Positions 48,923-58,483 of a DNA stretch of 64,000 nt are shown here, in pieces. Source of the DNA: Mycobacteriales bacterium (GTDB lineage: Bacteria > Actinomycetota > Actinomycetes > Mycobacteriales > JACQDL01); the NCBI GenBank assembly GCA_035476575.1, contig DATILL010000150.1, positions 5,139-69,138 of the forward strand, in the 5' to 3' direction. Position numbers and translations under genes: made by a program. The first letter of the stretch is position 1; each line of letters starts with the position of its first letter. The notes under the pieces are model-generated. The model searched no databases. It worked only from the letters and a program-made list of their open reading frames with translations, and had not been told where the DNA came from.

Positions 48923-49521
48923 GGGCCGCCGTACTGCTGCTGACGGGGGCGCCTGGGCACCCGGCCTGTCCGCCGGGCGTGGACCAGGTCCGGTTCGGCC
49001 GCGCGCTGGCTGAGGACGTCGTCGACCTGCTGGCCACACTGTCCGATGTGGATACCCTGATCGCGGCGACGCCGTCCCGGCTGGACGACGTGGCAGCCAT
49101 CCGCTGGCCGGGCACGGTGGTGCTGCGGCTGTCCGAGGTGGATGGTGTGGTGTCGCTGCTCGGCCGGATCGCGGGCTACGACGAGGCCGCGGTCTTCGCG
49201 CCGGACGTACCGGACCTGCCCGCGCTGCTAGCGGCCAAGCCGTTCAGCGGACTGTCGACAGCGGAGGTCGCGGTGCTGCCGGCCAGCACCGGCGGTCTGG
49301 TGGCGCTGGCCAGCCGGCTGCCGGTGCCGGGCTGGCTGCCGTCCACCGTGGACCTCGACGACCCGGCCGCGCTGGATCGGTTACGGGCTGCCGCCCCCAG
49401 GCCGGACGACGTGGTGGTCGCGCCGGCCTGGCCCCGGCTGCGCACCCCGACCGACCTGGTCCGGCTGGATCCGGCGCTGGAGGGCTGGGAGGCCACCCGC
49501 GCCCTGGTGTCCGACAGCTAG
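48919..49521 (+). CDS. hypothetical protein (family not recognised with confidence)
   Basis: 200 aa. GTGA overlap with the upstream gene and high-GC third positions. The stop abuts the locus C palindrome. Confidence 0.5.
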   Translation: MRAAVLLLTGAPGHPACPPGVDQVRFGRALAEDVVDLLATLSDVDTLIAATPSRLDDVAAIRWPGTVVLRLSEVDGVVSLLGRIAGYDEAAVFAPDVPDLPALLAAKPFSGLSTAEVAVLPASTGGLVALASRLPVPGWLPSTVDLDDPAALDRLRAAAPRPDDVVVAPAWPRLRTPTDLVRLDPALEGWEATRALVSDS

Positions 49522-49657
49522 CCCCCAGTGGTCACCACTACGCCGTGTGGTGACCACTGGGGGTCTCCGGACACCGTGTGGTCACCTCTGCGCCGTGTGG
49601 TGACCTCTTGGGGTCTGGCGGCAACGAGAGGTCACCACAACGCCGAGAGGTGACCAC
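49522..49657. repeat. dispersed hairpin repeat family, locus C: three units (two forward at 50-bp period, one reverse)
   Basis: 49522-49563 is a perfect 17-bp-arm palindrome, CCCCCAGTGGTCACCAC-TACGCCGT-GTGGTGACCACTGGGGG. Also GTGGTCACCTCTGCGCCGTGTGGTGACC (49578-49605) and GGTCACCACAACGCCGAGAGGTGACCAC (49630-49657). Confidence 0.9.
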
Positions 49658-49677
49658 ACGGGGAGTGGATAGGGCGG

Positions 49678-50898
49678 TCAGGGCTCCAGCAGGGGGAAGT
49701 CACCGGGCCCGGCCTCGGTCCGCTCGGCGAAGCCGTCCGGGTCGTCCAGGTCGTCGGCGGCGGGCAGCAGGTCCGGGTGCGCCCATACGGCGTCCCGGCC
49801 ATCGACGCCACGGCGGTCGGCCAGCACCTGCCACAGCCGGGCCGCGTCGCGCAGCCGGCGCGGCCGCAGCTCCAGCCCGACCAGGGTGGCGAAGGTCTGC
49901 TCGGCCGGGCCGCCGCTGGCCCGGCGGCGGCGCAGCGTCTCGCGCAGCGCGTCCGCGCCGGGCAGCCGGGCCTCGGCGGCCTGCGCCACCACCGCGTCCA
50001 CCCAGCCCTCGACCAGCGCCAGCAGCGTCTCCAGCCGGGCCAGCGCGGCCTGCTGCTCCGGCGTGGCCTGCGGCTCGAACAGCCCGCCCTGCAGCGCGTT
50101 CTGCAGGCTCTCCGGGTTGGTGGGGTCCAGCTCGGCCATGACCTGCTCGATGGCCGAGGTGTCCACGCTGATGCCACGGGCGTAGGCGTCCACCGTGTCC
50201 AGCAGCCGCTGCCGCAGCCACGGCACATGCCCGAACAGCCGCTGGTGGGCCGCCTCGCGCAGCGCCAGGTAGAGCCGCACCTCCTCGGCCGGCAGCTCCA
50301 GCCCGCCGCCGAACACGGCGATGTTCTCCGGGACCAGCGCGGCCACCCCGGCTGGGCCGAGCGGCAGGCCGATGTCGGTGCCGGACAGCACCTCGGTCGC
50401 CAGCTCGGCCAGGGCCTGGCCGACCTGGGCGCCGAACATCAGCCCGCCGACCGAGTTGAGCATGCCGATGAGCTGCCCGGCCTGCGCCTTGGCCTCCTCC
50501 GGCAGCGCCGTGCCCATCGCGCCGACCACCCGGGCGGCCACAGGGTCGCACAACGCCGGCCACACAGCGAGGGTCTTGTCGACCCATTCCACCCGGGTCC
50601 ACGCCTCGGTCGCGGTCACCCCGGACGGCAGCGTGGTCGCTTCGTTCAGCCAGAGGTCGGCGAGCGCGACTGCCTCGATCGCCTGCTGCCGGTCCGCCGC
50701 GTCGGTCGGCCGGTGCTGGCTGGCCAGGTGCGAGGTGGCTAACTGCCGCGCCAGGTCCCAGTTGACCGGGCCGCCCTGCCAGGACATCAGCTTCTGTAGC
50801 TCGGCGAAGAGCGGGAACATGCCGAGCGGGTTGTCCCCGCCGCCGCGTTCCTCAGGGTTTCGGTCGGGTGAGCCGAACCCGAACGGTACGTCGCTCAT
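49678..50898 (-). CDS. DUF2342-type putative zinc-dependent hydrolase
   Basis: 406 aa: MSDVPFGFG..LFAELQKLMSWQGGPVNWDLARQLA..LREAAHQRLFGHVPWLR. Confidence 0.8.
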   Translation of the reverse strand: MSDVPFGFGSPDRNPEERGGGDNPLGMFPLFAELQKLMSWQGGPVNWDLARQLATSHLASQHRPTDAADRQQAIEAVALADLWLNEATTLPSGVTATEAWTRVEWVDKTLAVWPALCDPVAARVVGAMGTALPEEAKAQAGQLIGMLNSVGGLMFGAQVGQALAELATEVLSGTDIGLPLGPAGVAALVPENIAVFGGGLELPAEEVRLYLALREAAHQRLFGHVPWLRQRLLDTVDAYARGISVDTSAIEQVMAELDPTNPESLQNALQGGLFEPQATPEQQAALARLETLLALVEGWVDAVVAQAAEARLPGADALRETLRRRRASGGPAEQTFATLVGLELRPRRLRDAARLWQVLADRRGVDGRDAVWAHPDLLPAADDLDDPDGFAERTEAGPGDFPLLEP

Positions 50899-50960
50899 GT
50901 CAGCCGCCCGTGCGATGTCATGCTGTCCACGGTAGTCCTGACGAGTAAAGGGGGCCGGCC

Positions 50961-52058
50961 GTGCCCGGGTCCGACCACCAGCCGGTGCGCCATGGACGAA
51001 CTGCCGCCCGCCTCCGCTCTCCGGCCGTCGCGGTCACCGGCGCGGGCTGCCCGCTCGGCGCGGCGGTGCTGCGACACCTCAGCCGGGCCGGCTGGATCCG
51101 GACCGTCGTCGGGGTCGACACGACGGTGGCCGCGCCGGCGACCGGCGAGGTCGCCTGGCACGGCCTGGACCCGGCCGACCCTCGGCTGGCCCAGGCGCTG
51201 TGCGGTGTGGCCGCCGTCGTCCACTGCGCGACCGACCTGCGCCCGGACGCCAACCGCGCGGCCCAGCGGCAGCGGAACCTGCGGCGCGCCCAGACCGTGC
51301 TGGCCGCGGCGTTCGCGGCCGGCGTCCGGCACGTCGTGCTGGTCAGCAGCGCGATGGTCTACGGCGCCCGGCCCGACAACCCGGTGCCGCTGCCCGACGA
51401 CGCCCCGCTGCGGGCCGTGCCCGAGGCGAGCGTGCTCGGCGACCTGCTGGAGATCGAGCGGGCCGCGGCGGCCAACGGGGCGGCCCACCCGACGATGGCG
51501 GTGACGATGCTGCGACCGGCCATCGTCCTCGGGGCAGGAGCCAGCTCGGCGCTGGCCGCGCTGTTCGAGGCACCCCGGCTGCTGCACCTGCGGGGCACCC
51601 GGCCGCGCTGGCAGTTCTGCCACGTCGACGACCTGGCCAGCGCGGCGGAGGTCGTCGTGCTCGACCGGATCACCGGCCCGGTGAACGTCGGCTGCGACGG
51701 CTTCCTGGAGCACGCCGAGGTGGAGCAGGTCAGGGGACGCCGGTCGCTCGACCTGCCCGAGCGGGTGGCCGTCGGGACCGCCGAGCGGCTGCACCGGCTG
51801 GGCATCACCTCCGCCCCGCCGACCGAGCTGGCCTACCTCGCCCACCCGTGGGTGGTGGACAGCAGCCGGCTCCGGGCGGCCGGGTGGCAGCCCCGGTACA
51901 CCAACGCCGAGGCGCTACGGGCGCACTTATCGGCCCGGCCGGCGCGCGCCGAGAATGCGGTGCACGGCGCCACTGCCGCGGCCGGTGCCACGGTGGCGCT
52001 GGTCGGCACTGCGGCGCTGGTCCGGCGGGCCCGCCGCAACCGCCGCGCCAGCTCGTGA
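50961..52058 (+). CDS. NAD-dependent epimerase/dehydratase (SDR) family protein
   Basis: VAVTGAGCPLGAAVLRHL Rossmann motif, ..VVLVSSAMVYG. The start is uncertain (GTG 50961 or downstream). Confidence 0.7.
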   Translation: MPGSDHQPVRHGRTAARLRSPAVAVTGAGCPLGAAVLRHLSRAGWIRTVVGVDTTVAAPATGEVAWHGLDPADPRLAQALCGVAAVVHCATDLRPDANRAAQRQRNLRRAQTVLAAAFAAGVRHVVLVSSAMVYGARPDNPVPLPDDAPLRAVPEASVLGDLLEIERAAAANGAAHPTMAVTMLRPAIVLGAGASSALAALFEAPRLLHLRGTRPRWQFCHVDDLASAAEVVVLDRITGPVNVGCDGFLEHAEVEQVRGRRSLDLPERVAVGTAERLHRLGITSAPPTELAYLAHPWVVDSSRLRAAGWQPRYTNAEALRAHLSARPARAENAVHGATAAAGATVALVGTAALVRRARRNRRASS

Positions 52059-52119
52059 GGGCGACGGTCCCGCGGGCCCGAGAGGACGCCGCGACGTAGG
52101 GACGGCGTACCGTGGGAGG

Positions 52120-52362
52120 ATGTCGCCGCTGATCTGGGTAGCGATGCCCGTTGCCGTCACCGTGGTGGCGACCCTGTGGGCGCTGTGGGTCGCCCGCGAC
52201 CCGGGCCGGACCGATGCCCACAGCTCGGTGCAGGCGCATCACCGGTTCGTCGAGGCGCTGTCGAGGAACGTCCGGCCGCTGGCCGCGCGGCCAACGCCGG
52301 CCGTGGCTAAGGACGAACGTACGGACGAGCCATCCGGCCGGGAGCAGCTACGCCGGGAGTAG
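52120..52362 (+). CDS. small single-TM hypothetical protein
   Basis: 80 aa: MSPLIWVAMPVAVTVVATLWALWVA.. GGGAGG abuts the ATG with zero spacing, so start and gene status are uncertain. Confidence 0.4.
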   Translation: MSPLIWVAMPVAVTVVATLWALWVARDPGRTDAHSSVQAHHRFVEALSRNVRPLAARPTPAVAKDERTDEPSGREQLRRE

Positions 52363-52376
52363 CTACCCTGTCCGGC

Positions 52377-53402
52377 ATGAGCCGGCGCGTCATGACCATG
52401 TCTGTCGGCGTGGCGCTGCTGGTGGTGCTCGGGCTGTTCGGCGCCCGGCTGCCCGTGCCGTACGCCGCGCTCGGCCCCGGGCCGACGTTGGACACCCTCG
52501 GCAGCGTGGGCAACCGGCAGGTCATCGCCATCGTCGGCCGTACGCCGAACACGACCACCGGCCACCTCAACCTGACCACCGTGTCGGTACAGGACCGCCT
52601 CGACGTGTTCAGCGTGCTGCGTGGCTGGGTCGACGGTGGGGTCTCGGTCGTCCCGCGCGAGGAGCTCTACCCGCCGGACCAGACCCAGGAGCAGGTCGAC
52701 AAGGAGAACACCGCCGAGTTCGCCCGGTCGCAGAGCGATGCCGTGCTGGCCGCGCTGCGCGAGCTGCACTATCCGGAGAAGATCGTCATCCAAGGCGTGC
52801 CAGACGGCTCGGCGTCCACGGGCAAGCTGCGGTCGCGCGACCTGCTGACCAGCGTTGACGGCACGCCGGTGACCGATCTGGCCACGCTGGAGAAGGTGCT
52901 GACCCGGCTCGCGCCGGGCACCACGGTGACCGTCGGGTACCGGCGCCAGCACGCCGCCGGCACGGCCCGGGTGACGCTGGCGAAGGCCAAGGACCGGCCC
53001 GGCGGCGCCCTCGGCGTGCTGGTCTCGATGGAGCCGGTGGCCGAGGACTTCACGGTCAACATCCAGGTGGGGGAGGACATCGGCGGGCCGTCCGCCGGGC
53101 TGATGTTCGCGCTCGGCATCCTGGAGAAGATCGGGCCAACGGAGCTGACTGGTGGCCGGTTCATCGCCGGCACCGGCACCATCGACCCCGTCGGCAAGAT
53201 CGGCCCGATCGGCGGCATCCCGCTGAAGATGCTCGGTGCGCGGCAGAAGGGCGCGACGGTCTTCCTCGTGCCGGCGGCCAACTGCGACGAGGCTCGCCGG
53301 GCCATCCCGGCCGGGCTGCGGCTGGTCAAGGTGGACAGCCTGCACACGGCGGTCACCGCGCTGGGGACGCTGCGGCAGGGCGGCGTGCCGGCCGGCTGCT
53401 GA
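52377..53402 (+). CDS. PDZ domain-containing Lon-like (S16) protease
   Basis: 341 aa: N-terminal TM, a PDZ segment (LLTSVDGTPVTDL), and a Lon catalytic-like GGPSAGLMFALGI..IAGTGTID. Confidence 0.85.
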   Translation: MSRRVMTMSVGVALLVVLGLFGARLPVPYAALGPGPTLDTLGSVGNRQVIAIVGRTPNTTTGHLNLTTVSVQDRLDVFSVLRGWVDGGVSVVPREELYPPDQTQEQVDKENTAEFARSQSDAVLAALRELHYPEKIVIQGVPDGSASTGKLRSRDLLTSVDGTPVTDLATLEKVLTRLAPGTTVTVGYRRQHAAGTARVTLAKAKDRPGGALGVLVSMEPVAEDFTVNIQVGEDIGGPSAGLMFALGILEKIGPTELTGGRFIAGTGTIDPVGKIGPIGGIPLKMLGARQKGATVFLVPAANCDEARRAIPAGLRLVKVDSLHTAVTALGTLRQGGVPAGC

Positions 53403-53487
53403 GACCCGGGCTGCCCGGCCCGGCCGGATCGTTCGGCAGTCAGCCTGGATCGTTTGGGCCCGGATCGCTTGGGGCCGGATCGCTCGG

Positions 53488-54087
53488 TCAGCTCGGATCG
53501 TTCGGCGGGTCAGCCAGCGTGGCGAGCAGCGCCTCGGACAGGTTCGGGGCGAGGTCCTCACCCACCAGCAGCTCGTCCTCGACGCCGGCCGTCCCGGCGG
53601 GTTCCGGCCGTACGTCGTCCGACCCGGTCGGCCGGCGGCGGAAGCGCACCACAGTGGCCCGGGAACCGTCCCGCAGCACGGCCACCGCCACCCGCGCCTC
53701 CCGCCGGTGCGGGTGCTCGGCGGCGTAGCGGAGCGGGTCCGGCTGGCCGGGCAGCTCGGCCTCGGCGTCCGGCGGGAGCAGCACGACCTCGTGCACCAGG
53801 CAGCAGCCGCGCACCTCGGCCGACCACATGATCTGGGCCAGGGCGTCGTCCAGCGGGCCGTCCGGCAGCGGCTCCTGCTCGATCGGGGTGAGCGAGCTGG
53901 GTGACACCTCGTCGACGGGCAGCCCGAGGCTGCGGGCGAGGTCCGGCTCGGCCGCCACCAGCTCGGCGGTGGCCACCAGCGCGAAGAGCTGCGGCGGCTG
54001 GTCCCACCCGTGGGCGCCCACATGCCGCTCCACCTCCACCAGCGCGTCGGCCAGCGACGGGGGCGGGTTCGGGTGCCGGGTCGCCAT
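53488..54087 (-). CDS. PPA1309-family conserved actinobacterial protein
   Basis: 199 aa from ATG 54087: LADALVEVERHVGAHGWDQPPQLFALVATAELV..CCLVHEVVLLPPDAE. Confidence 0.7.
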   Translation of the reverse strand: MATRHPNPPPSLADALVEVERHVGAHGWDQPPQLFALVATAELVAAEPDLARSLGLPVDEVSPSSLTPIEQEPLPDGPLDDALAQIMWSAEVRGCCLVHEVVLLPPDAEAELPGQPDPLRYAAEHPHRREARVAVAVLRDGSRATVVRFRRRPTGSDDVRPEPAGTAGVEDELLVGEDLAPNLSEALLATLADPPNDPS

Positions 54088-54245
54088 GAGCCACATGGTG
54101 GCACGGAGCGCACGATGGCACGGAAGGCGACCACGGCCGGGTGCGGGAACCGGCCGGGTGCGGGAACCCGCCGCGAGCTGTGTAAGTTTCCACATCATCC
54201 GATGGACTCGCGTCCGCTCGACTCCCGTGCCAGGAGTGTTGTCCA

Positions 54246-57143
54246 GTGGCCATGCGGCCGCCGTTGCCGGTGCCGGCGATCTCCCGCCGGGCCCGGGTCA
54301 TGCTCACCGTCATCGCGATCCTCGTGGTCGCGCTCTCCGTGCTTGGCTCGTTGGTGTCGCTGTACATCGACTGGCTGTGGTTCGGCGAGGTGAAGTTCCG
54401 CGAAGTCTTCGGCACCGTGCTGTGGACGCGGATCTTCCTGTTCTTCGGCTTCGGGGTCCTGCTGGCGGCGGTGGTCGGGGCGAACCTGGTGGTCGCCTAC
54501 CGGCTCCGCCCGCCGTTCCGGCCGATGTCGCTGGAGCAGCAGAACCTGGAGCGATACCGGACCGCGATCGAGCCGCGCCGGGTGCTGGTGCTGGTGATCG
54601 TCAGCGGGATCGTCGGGCTGTTCGCCGGGCTGGCCGCCCAGGGCCGGTGGGAGACCTGGCTGCTGTGGCGCAACGGCACGCCGTTCGGCATCCTGGACCC
54701 GCAGTTCGGCCGCGACATCTCCTACTTCGCGTTCACCTACCCGTTCCAGCGGTTCATCCTCGGCTTCTTGTTCGCCGCGGTGGTGTTCTCGCTGATCGGC
54801 GCGGTGGTGGTGCACTACCTGTTCGGTGGGCTGCGGCTGCAGACACCGGGGGAGAAGGTCACCCCGGCGGCCCGGGTGCACCTGTCGGTGCTGCTCGGCG
54901 GCTTTGTGCTGCTCAAGGCGGTCGCGTACTACCTGGACCGGTACGGCCTGGTGTTCTCCGACCGCGGCGCCATCACCGGGGCGTCGTACACCGACGTCAA
55001 CGCGGTGCTGCCGGCCAAGTCGATCCTCATGATCATCGCGCTGATCTGCGCGGTGGCGTTCTTCGCCAACGTGGCGTTCCGCAACTTCCAGCTTCCCGCG
55101 ATCGCGCTGGTGCTGCTGGTGCTCTCCAGCGTCATCATCGGCGGCGCGTACCCGGCGCTGATCCAGAACTTCCGGGTGAAGCCGAACGCGGACCAGAAGG
55201 AGAAGCTCTACATCGCCCGGAACATCGAGGCGACCCGGCAGGCCTACTCGCTGAACAACGTCGACTACACCGGCTACTCGGCCTCGCCGACAGTTGACGA
55301 CACCGCCCGGCAGAAGATTCGCAACGACACGTCCACAATTTCCAACGCACGGCTGATGGACCCGAACGTGCTCTCTCCGACGTTCGACCAGAACCAGAAG
55401 GTCCTGAACGTCTACAACTTCGCCGACAAGCTCGACATCGACCGCTACACGATCAGCAACCAGTTGAAGGAGTACGTGGTCGGGGTACGTGAGATGGATC
55501 CGCAGCAGCTCACCGGCAACCAGACAAACTGGATCAACGAGCATCTGGTCTACACGCATGGCAACGGTTTCGTCGCGGCCCCGACGAACACGGCGCTCAA
55601 CGGTCAACCGGCCTACGTCGACCCGAAGATATTCAACATCAGCCAGCCCCGGGTCTACTACGGCGAGCTGCTCGGCGACACGTACTCGATCGTCGGAAAG
55701 GCCGGCGACCAGACCGACCGCGAGTTCGACGCGCTGAAGGAGAACGAGGACGTCAAGTTCACCTACGACGGCTCGGGCGGGGTCAACGTCGGGAACATCT
55801 TCAACCGGGTCATCTTCGCCTGGCATTACCGAGCCCAGCAGATCCTGTTCTCCGGCGCGATCACCGGCGGCTCGAAGATTATGTACGTGCGAGACCCGCG
55901 GGACCGGGTGGAGAAGGCCGCGCCGTTCCTGACCGCGGACGGCGACCCGTATCCCGCGGTGATCGCGGGCAAGATCAAGTGGGTGGTGGACTGCTACACC
56001 ACGCTGGACGGCTTCCCGTACTCCGAGCACACCCAGCTCGGCGACGTCACCCAGGACTCCCTGACCGGCACCGGAACCCGGGCGCAGGCCAACACCCAGG
56101 TCAACTACATCCGCAACTCGGTCAAGGCCGTCGTCGACGCCTATGACGGGTCGGTGTCGCTCTACCAGTTCGGCGCCATGGACCCGGTGCTGGAGTCGTG
56201 GAAGAAGGCGTTCCCCGGAATTGTCAAGCCGGAGAGCGAGATCAGCCCGGAGCTGCGTGCGCACCTGCGTTATCCCGAGGACCTGTTCAAGGTGCAGCGC
56301 GACCTGATCACGAAGTACCATCTGGACGACCCGGTGCAGTTCTTCAACTCCCAGGGCTTCTGGGACGTGCCGACCGACCCCACCAGGGACAGCCAGCAGG
56401 CGCAGCCGCCGTACTATCTGCTCGCCCAGACGCCGGGGCAGGAGCAGACGACGTTCCAGCTGACCAGCGCGCTTAACCAGTTCCGCCGGCAGAACATGGC
56501 GGCGTACATGACGGTGTCGTCCGACCCGCAGGACTACGGCAAGTTCCGGGTGCTCCGGCTGCCCAGCGAGACATCGATTCTCGGCCCGAACCAGATGTTC
56601 TCCAACTTCAACTCGACCGAGCAGATCAAGACCGAGATCTCGCTCCTCAACCAGAATGGGTCAAAGGTTGTCTACGGCAACCTGCTCACGCTGCCGGTCG
56701 GTGGCGGGCTGATGTACGTCATGCCGGTGTACGTGCAGGGCAGTGGTTCGACCTATCCCCTGCTGCGCAAGGTGATTGTCGCCTTCGGCGACCGGATCGG
56801 CTACGAGTCCACGCTGGCGGACGCCTTGGACAAGGTCTTCGGGCCGGGCAGTGGTCAGGTGGTGCCGCCGCCGGTCGGGCCGCCGTCCAGCGGGACGCCG
56901 ACGGCCCCGCCGACCCAGCCGGGCAGCGGCGGTGAGCTGGCCGCTGCGGTGGACGCGATCCAGGCCGCTCTGGCGCACCTGAGGTCGGCCACCCAGGCGG
57001 GCAACTTCGTCGAGATCGGCAAGGCGCAGCAGGAGCTGGCGAACGCGGCTGCCCGCTTCGAGGCGGCGCGGAGGGCGGCGTCGCTGCTGCCGCCGCCGTC
57101 GCCGTCGCCGAGCCCCGCACCCAGCCCGACGCCCACGCGCTGA
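54246..57143 (+). CDS. UPF0182 family large membrane protein
   Basis: 965 aa: LVSLYIDWLWFGEVKFREVF.., seven N-terminal TM helices, and a Pro/Ser-rich C-terminus. Confidence 0.9.
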   Translation: MAMRPPLPVPAISRRARVMLTVIAILVVALSVLGSLVSLYIDWLWFGEVKFREVFGTVLWTRIFLFFGFGVLLAAVVGANLVVAYRLRPPFRPMSLEQQNLERYRTAIEPRRVLVLVIVSGIVGLFAGLAAQGRWETWLLWRNGTPFGILDPQFGRDISYFAFTYPFQRFILGFLFAAVVFSLIGAVVVHYLFGGLRLQTPGEKVTPAARVHLSVLLGGFVLLKAVAYYLDRYGLVFSDRGAITGASYTDVNAVLPAKSILMIIALICAVAFFANVAFRNFQLPAIALVLLVLSSVIIGGAYPALIQNFRVKPNADQKEKLYIARNIEATRQAYSLNNVDYTGYSASPTVDDTARQKIRNDTSTISNARLMDPNVLSPTFDQNQKVLNVYNFADKLDIDRYTISNQLKEYVVGVREMDPQQLTGNQTNWINEHLVYTHGNGFVAAPTNTALNGQPAYVDPKIFNISQPRVYYGELLGDTYSIVGKAGDQTDREFDALKENEDVKFTYDGSGGVNVGNIFNRVIFAWHYRAQQILFSGAITGGSKIMYVRDPRDRVEKAAPFLTADGDPYPAVIAGKIKWVVDCYTTLDGFPYSEHTQLGDVTQDSLTGTGTRAQANTQVNYIRNSVKAVVDAYDGSVSLYQFGAMDPVLESWKKAFPGIVKPESEISPELRAHLRYPEDLFKVQRDLITKYHLDDPVQFFNSQGFWDVPTDPTRDSQQAQPPYYLLAQTPGQEQTTFQLTSALNQFRRQNMAAYMTVSSDPQDYGKFRVLRLPSETSILGPNQMFSNFNSTEQIKTEISLLNQNGSKVVYGNLLTLPVGGGLMYVMPVYVQGSGSTYPLLRKVIVAFGDRIGYESTLADALDKVFGPGSGQVVPPPVGPPSSGTPTAPPTQPGSGGELAAAVDAIQAALAHLRSATQAGNFVEIGKAQQELANAAARFEAARRAASLLPPPSPSPSPAPSPTPTR

Positions 57144-57246
57144 GGTAGACGACCCTCGAACCGACCACTTGTCGTGGGAAAGTTGGCGATTCTGTGCCCG
57201 GATTGTTCGGTATTATCCCTGACAAGTCGCCACAGCGGCCGCGAGT

Positions 57247-57276
57247 TTGGCGGCAGTCGCGGCGGACAGGTAGAGT
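57247..57276 (+). promoter_or_regulatory. possible tRNA promoter (-35 TTGGCG, 18 nt, -10 TAGAGT)
   Basis: The hexamers are read directly. The -10 ends 11 nt before the tRNA 5' end. Confidence 0.35.
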
Positions 57277-57287
57277 TGGCTCACCGA

Positions 57288-57364
57288 CGCGGGGTGGAGC
57301 AGCTCGGTAGCTCGCTGGGCTCATAACCCAGAGGTCGGAGGTTCAAATCCTCCCCCCGCTACCA
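57288..57364 (+). tRNA. tRNA-Met (CAU), initiator-type features
   Basis: The cloverleaf folds by eye. Anticodon loop CTCATAA, three G:C pairs in the anticodon stem (GGG/CCC), C1 unpaired with U72, T-arm GGAGG-TTCAAAT-CCTCC, and an encoded CCA. Confidence 0.95.
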
Positions 57365-57369
57365 TGACA

Positions 57370-57403
57370 AGACCCCCAAACCAGACGGTTTGGGGGTCTT
57401 TGT
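57370..57403 (+). terminator. intrinsic terminator after tRNA-Met
   Basis: AGACCCCCAAACC-AGAC-GGTTTGGGGGTCT followed by TTGT. Confidence 0.6.
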
Positions 57404-57429
57404 CGTCTCGTTGCTAACGGACTTGCTAA

Positions 57430-57800
57430 CGGGGACCGTCGTCCGGGGCCACGAACAGGCCGCCCATGGTGCGCGGCGTCGCGGTCCATGCCCTGCATGA
57501 TCACCTCTGTATGCGCCGGCCGCCCGTTCTCCCCAGGTGAAGTCGAAGCCGGACTCGCGAAAGTCCCGACCGAAAAGGACCGCTCCTTCGCCTGCCGGGC
57601 CTGTTGCTCGCGTAGCACCGCGACCCGTGGCCGGGGTGAGCGCTGGTGCCCAGGCGGTGGCGTGGGCGAGGCGGGATGCGTCGGTGAGGTGAGGCAGGTG
57701 CGGATGGTGTCGGTGGCGAGCGCGGCGGCCAGGGCGCGGGCCCGCTGGCTGACCCGAGGGTTCGTAGGTCGCAGGTTGCGCCCGCCACCCTCGGCGCGTC
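57430..57800 (-). pseudogene. tyrosine integrase remnant (frameshifted, catalytic domain missing)
   Basis: Minus-strand pieces lie in two frames: ..NLRPTNPRVSQRARALAAALATDTIRTCLTS..VAVLREQQARQAKER / ..FRESGFDFTWGE / NGRPAHTEVIMQGMDR. They match the integrase core-binding region pattern. Adjacent to the tRNA 3' end. Confidence 0.45.
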
Positions 57801-57846
57801 GTCGTAACTGAATGGACAGAGAATGGGGGAGCGAAGGAGGGCCGAT

Positions 57847-58275
57847 ATGCGAGTCGCATTCGCGGCCGACGACGAGAATGACACCACGCGGGCGGCCGAA
57901 GGTTTTCTGGTCGAGTCCGGCCACGACGTGGTGTGGCCGGCGACGTCCGGCGCCTGGCCGGAGATCGGCGCCGCCGTCGGCAGATCCGTGGTCGACGGGA
58001 CGGCGGACCTCGGCATCGTCATGTGCTGGACTGGCACCGGTACGGCCATTGCGGCGAACAAGGTGCACGGCGTCCGCGCGGCCCTCGCGTGGGATCCTTG
58101 GGTCGCCGTCGGTGCACGGAGATGGAACGATGCGAACGTCCTCGCTCCCAGCCTGAAGCGGCTGGCTCCCGATGTGGCCGTGGAGATCGCCAGTGCCTTT
58201 CTGGCCGAGCCGGCGCCGGATCCCGACGAGGCCGCCAACATCGCGCAGCTCAACGACCTGGAGCGAGACGCTTGA
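57847..58275 (+). CDS. rpiB: ribose-5-phosphate isomerase B (RpiB/LacA/LacB family)
   Basis: 142 aa from ATG 57847 (GAAGGAGG 6 nt upstream): MRVAFAADD..GIVMCWTGTGTAIAANKVHGVRAAL. Confidence 0.85.
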   Translation: MRVAFAADDENDTTRAAEGFLVESGHDVVWPATSGAWPEIGAAVGRSVVDGTADLGIVMCWTGTGTAIAANKVHGVRAALAWDPWVAVGARRWNDANVLAPSLKRLAPDVAVEIASAFLAEPAPDPDEAANIAQLNDLERDA

Positions 58276-58387
58276 TCCGCCGCTCCGCGTTCTCGGACTG
58301 GCCGCCTCGCGTAGCAACGAGTCACGTCCGTTCTCCGCCCGAGCACGAGCAAGCTGGCGGTCAAGGTCATCAACGACGACGGCGACG

Positions 58388-58468
58388 AGGTTGGGCGAGC
58401 CTCATATGCGACAACTGAACGGCAAGCTTCGGGAGCTGCGTTTCCACCTGGACAGGCGGTGCGGGTGA
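58388..58468 (+). pseudogene. RelE/HigB (Gp49-like) toxin remnant
   Basis: ..RLGEPHMRQLNGKLRELRFHLDRRCG*. It matches the mid-region of Gp49-type toxins. N-terminal sense is unclear and the C-terminal half is absent. Confidence 0.35.
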
Positions 58469-58483
58469 CGTGGATGAGGAGAG

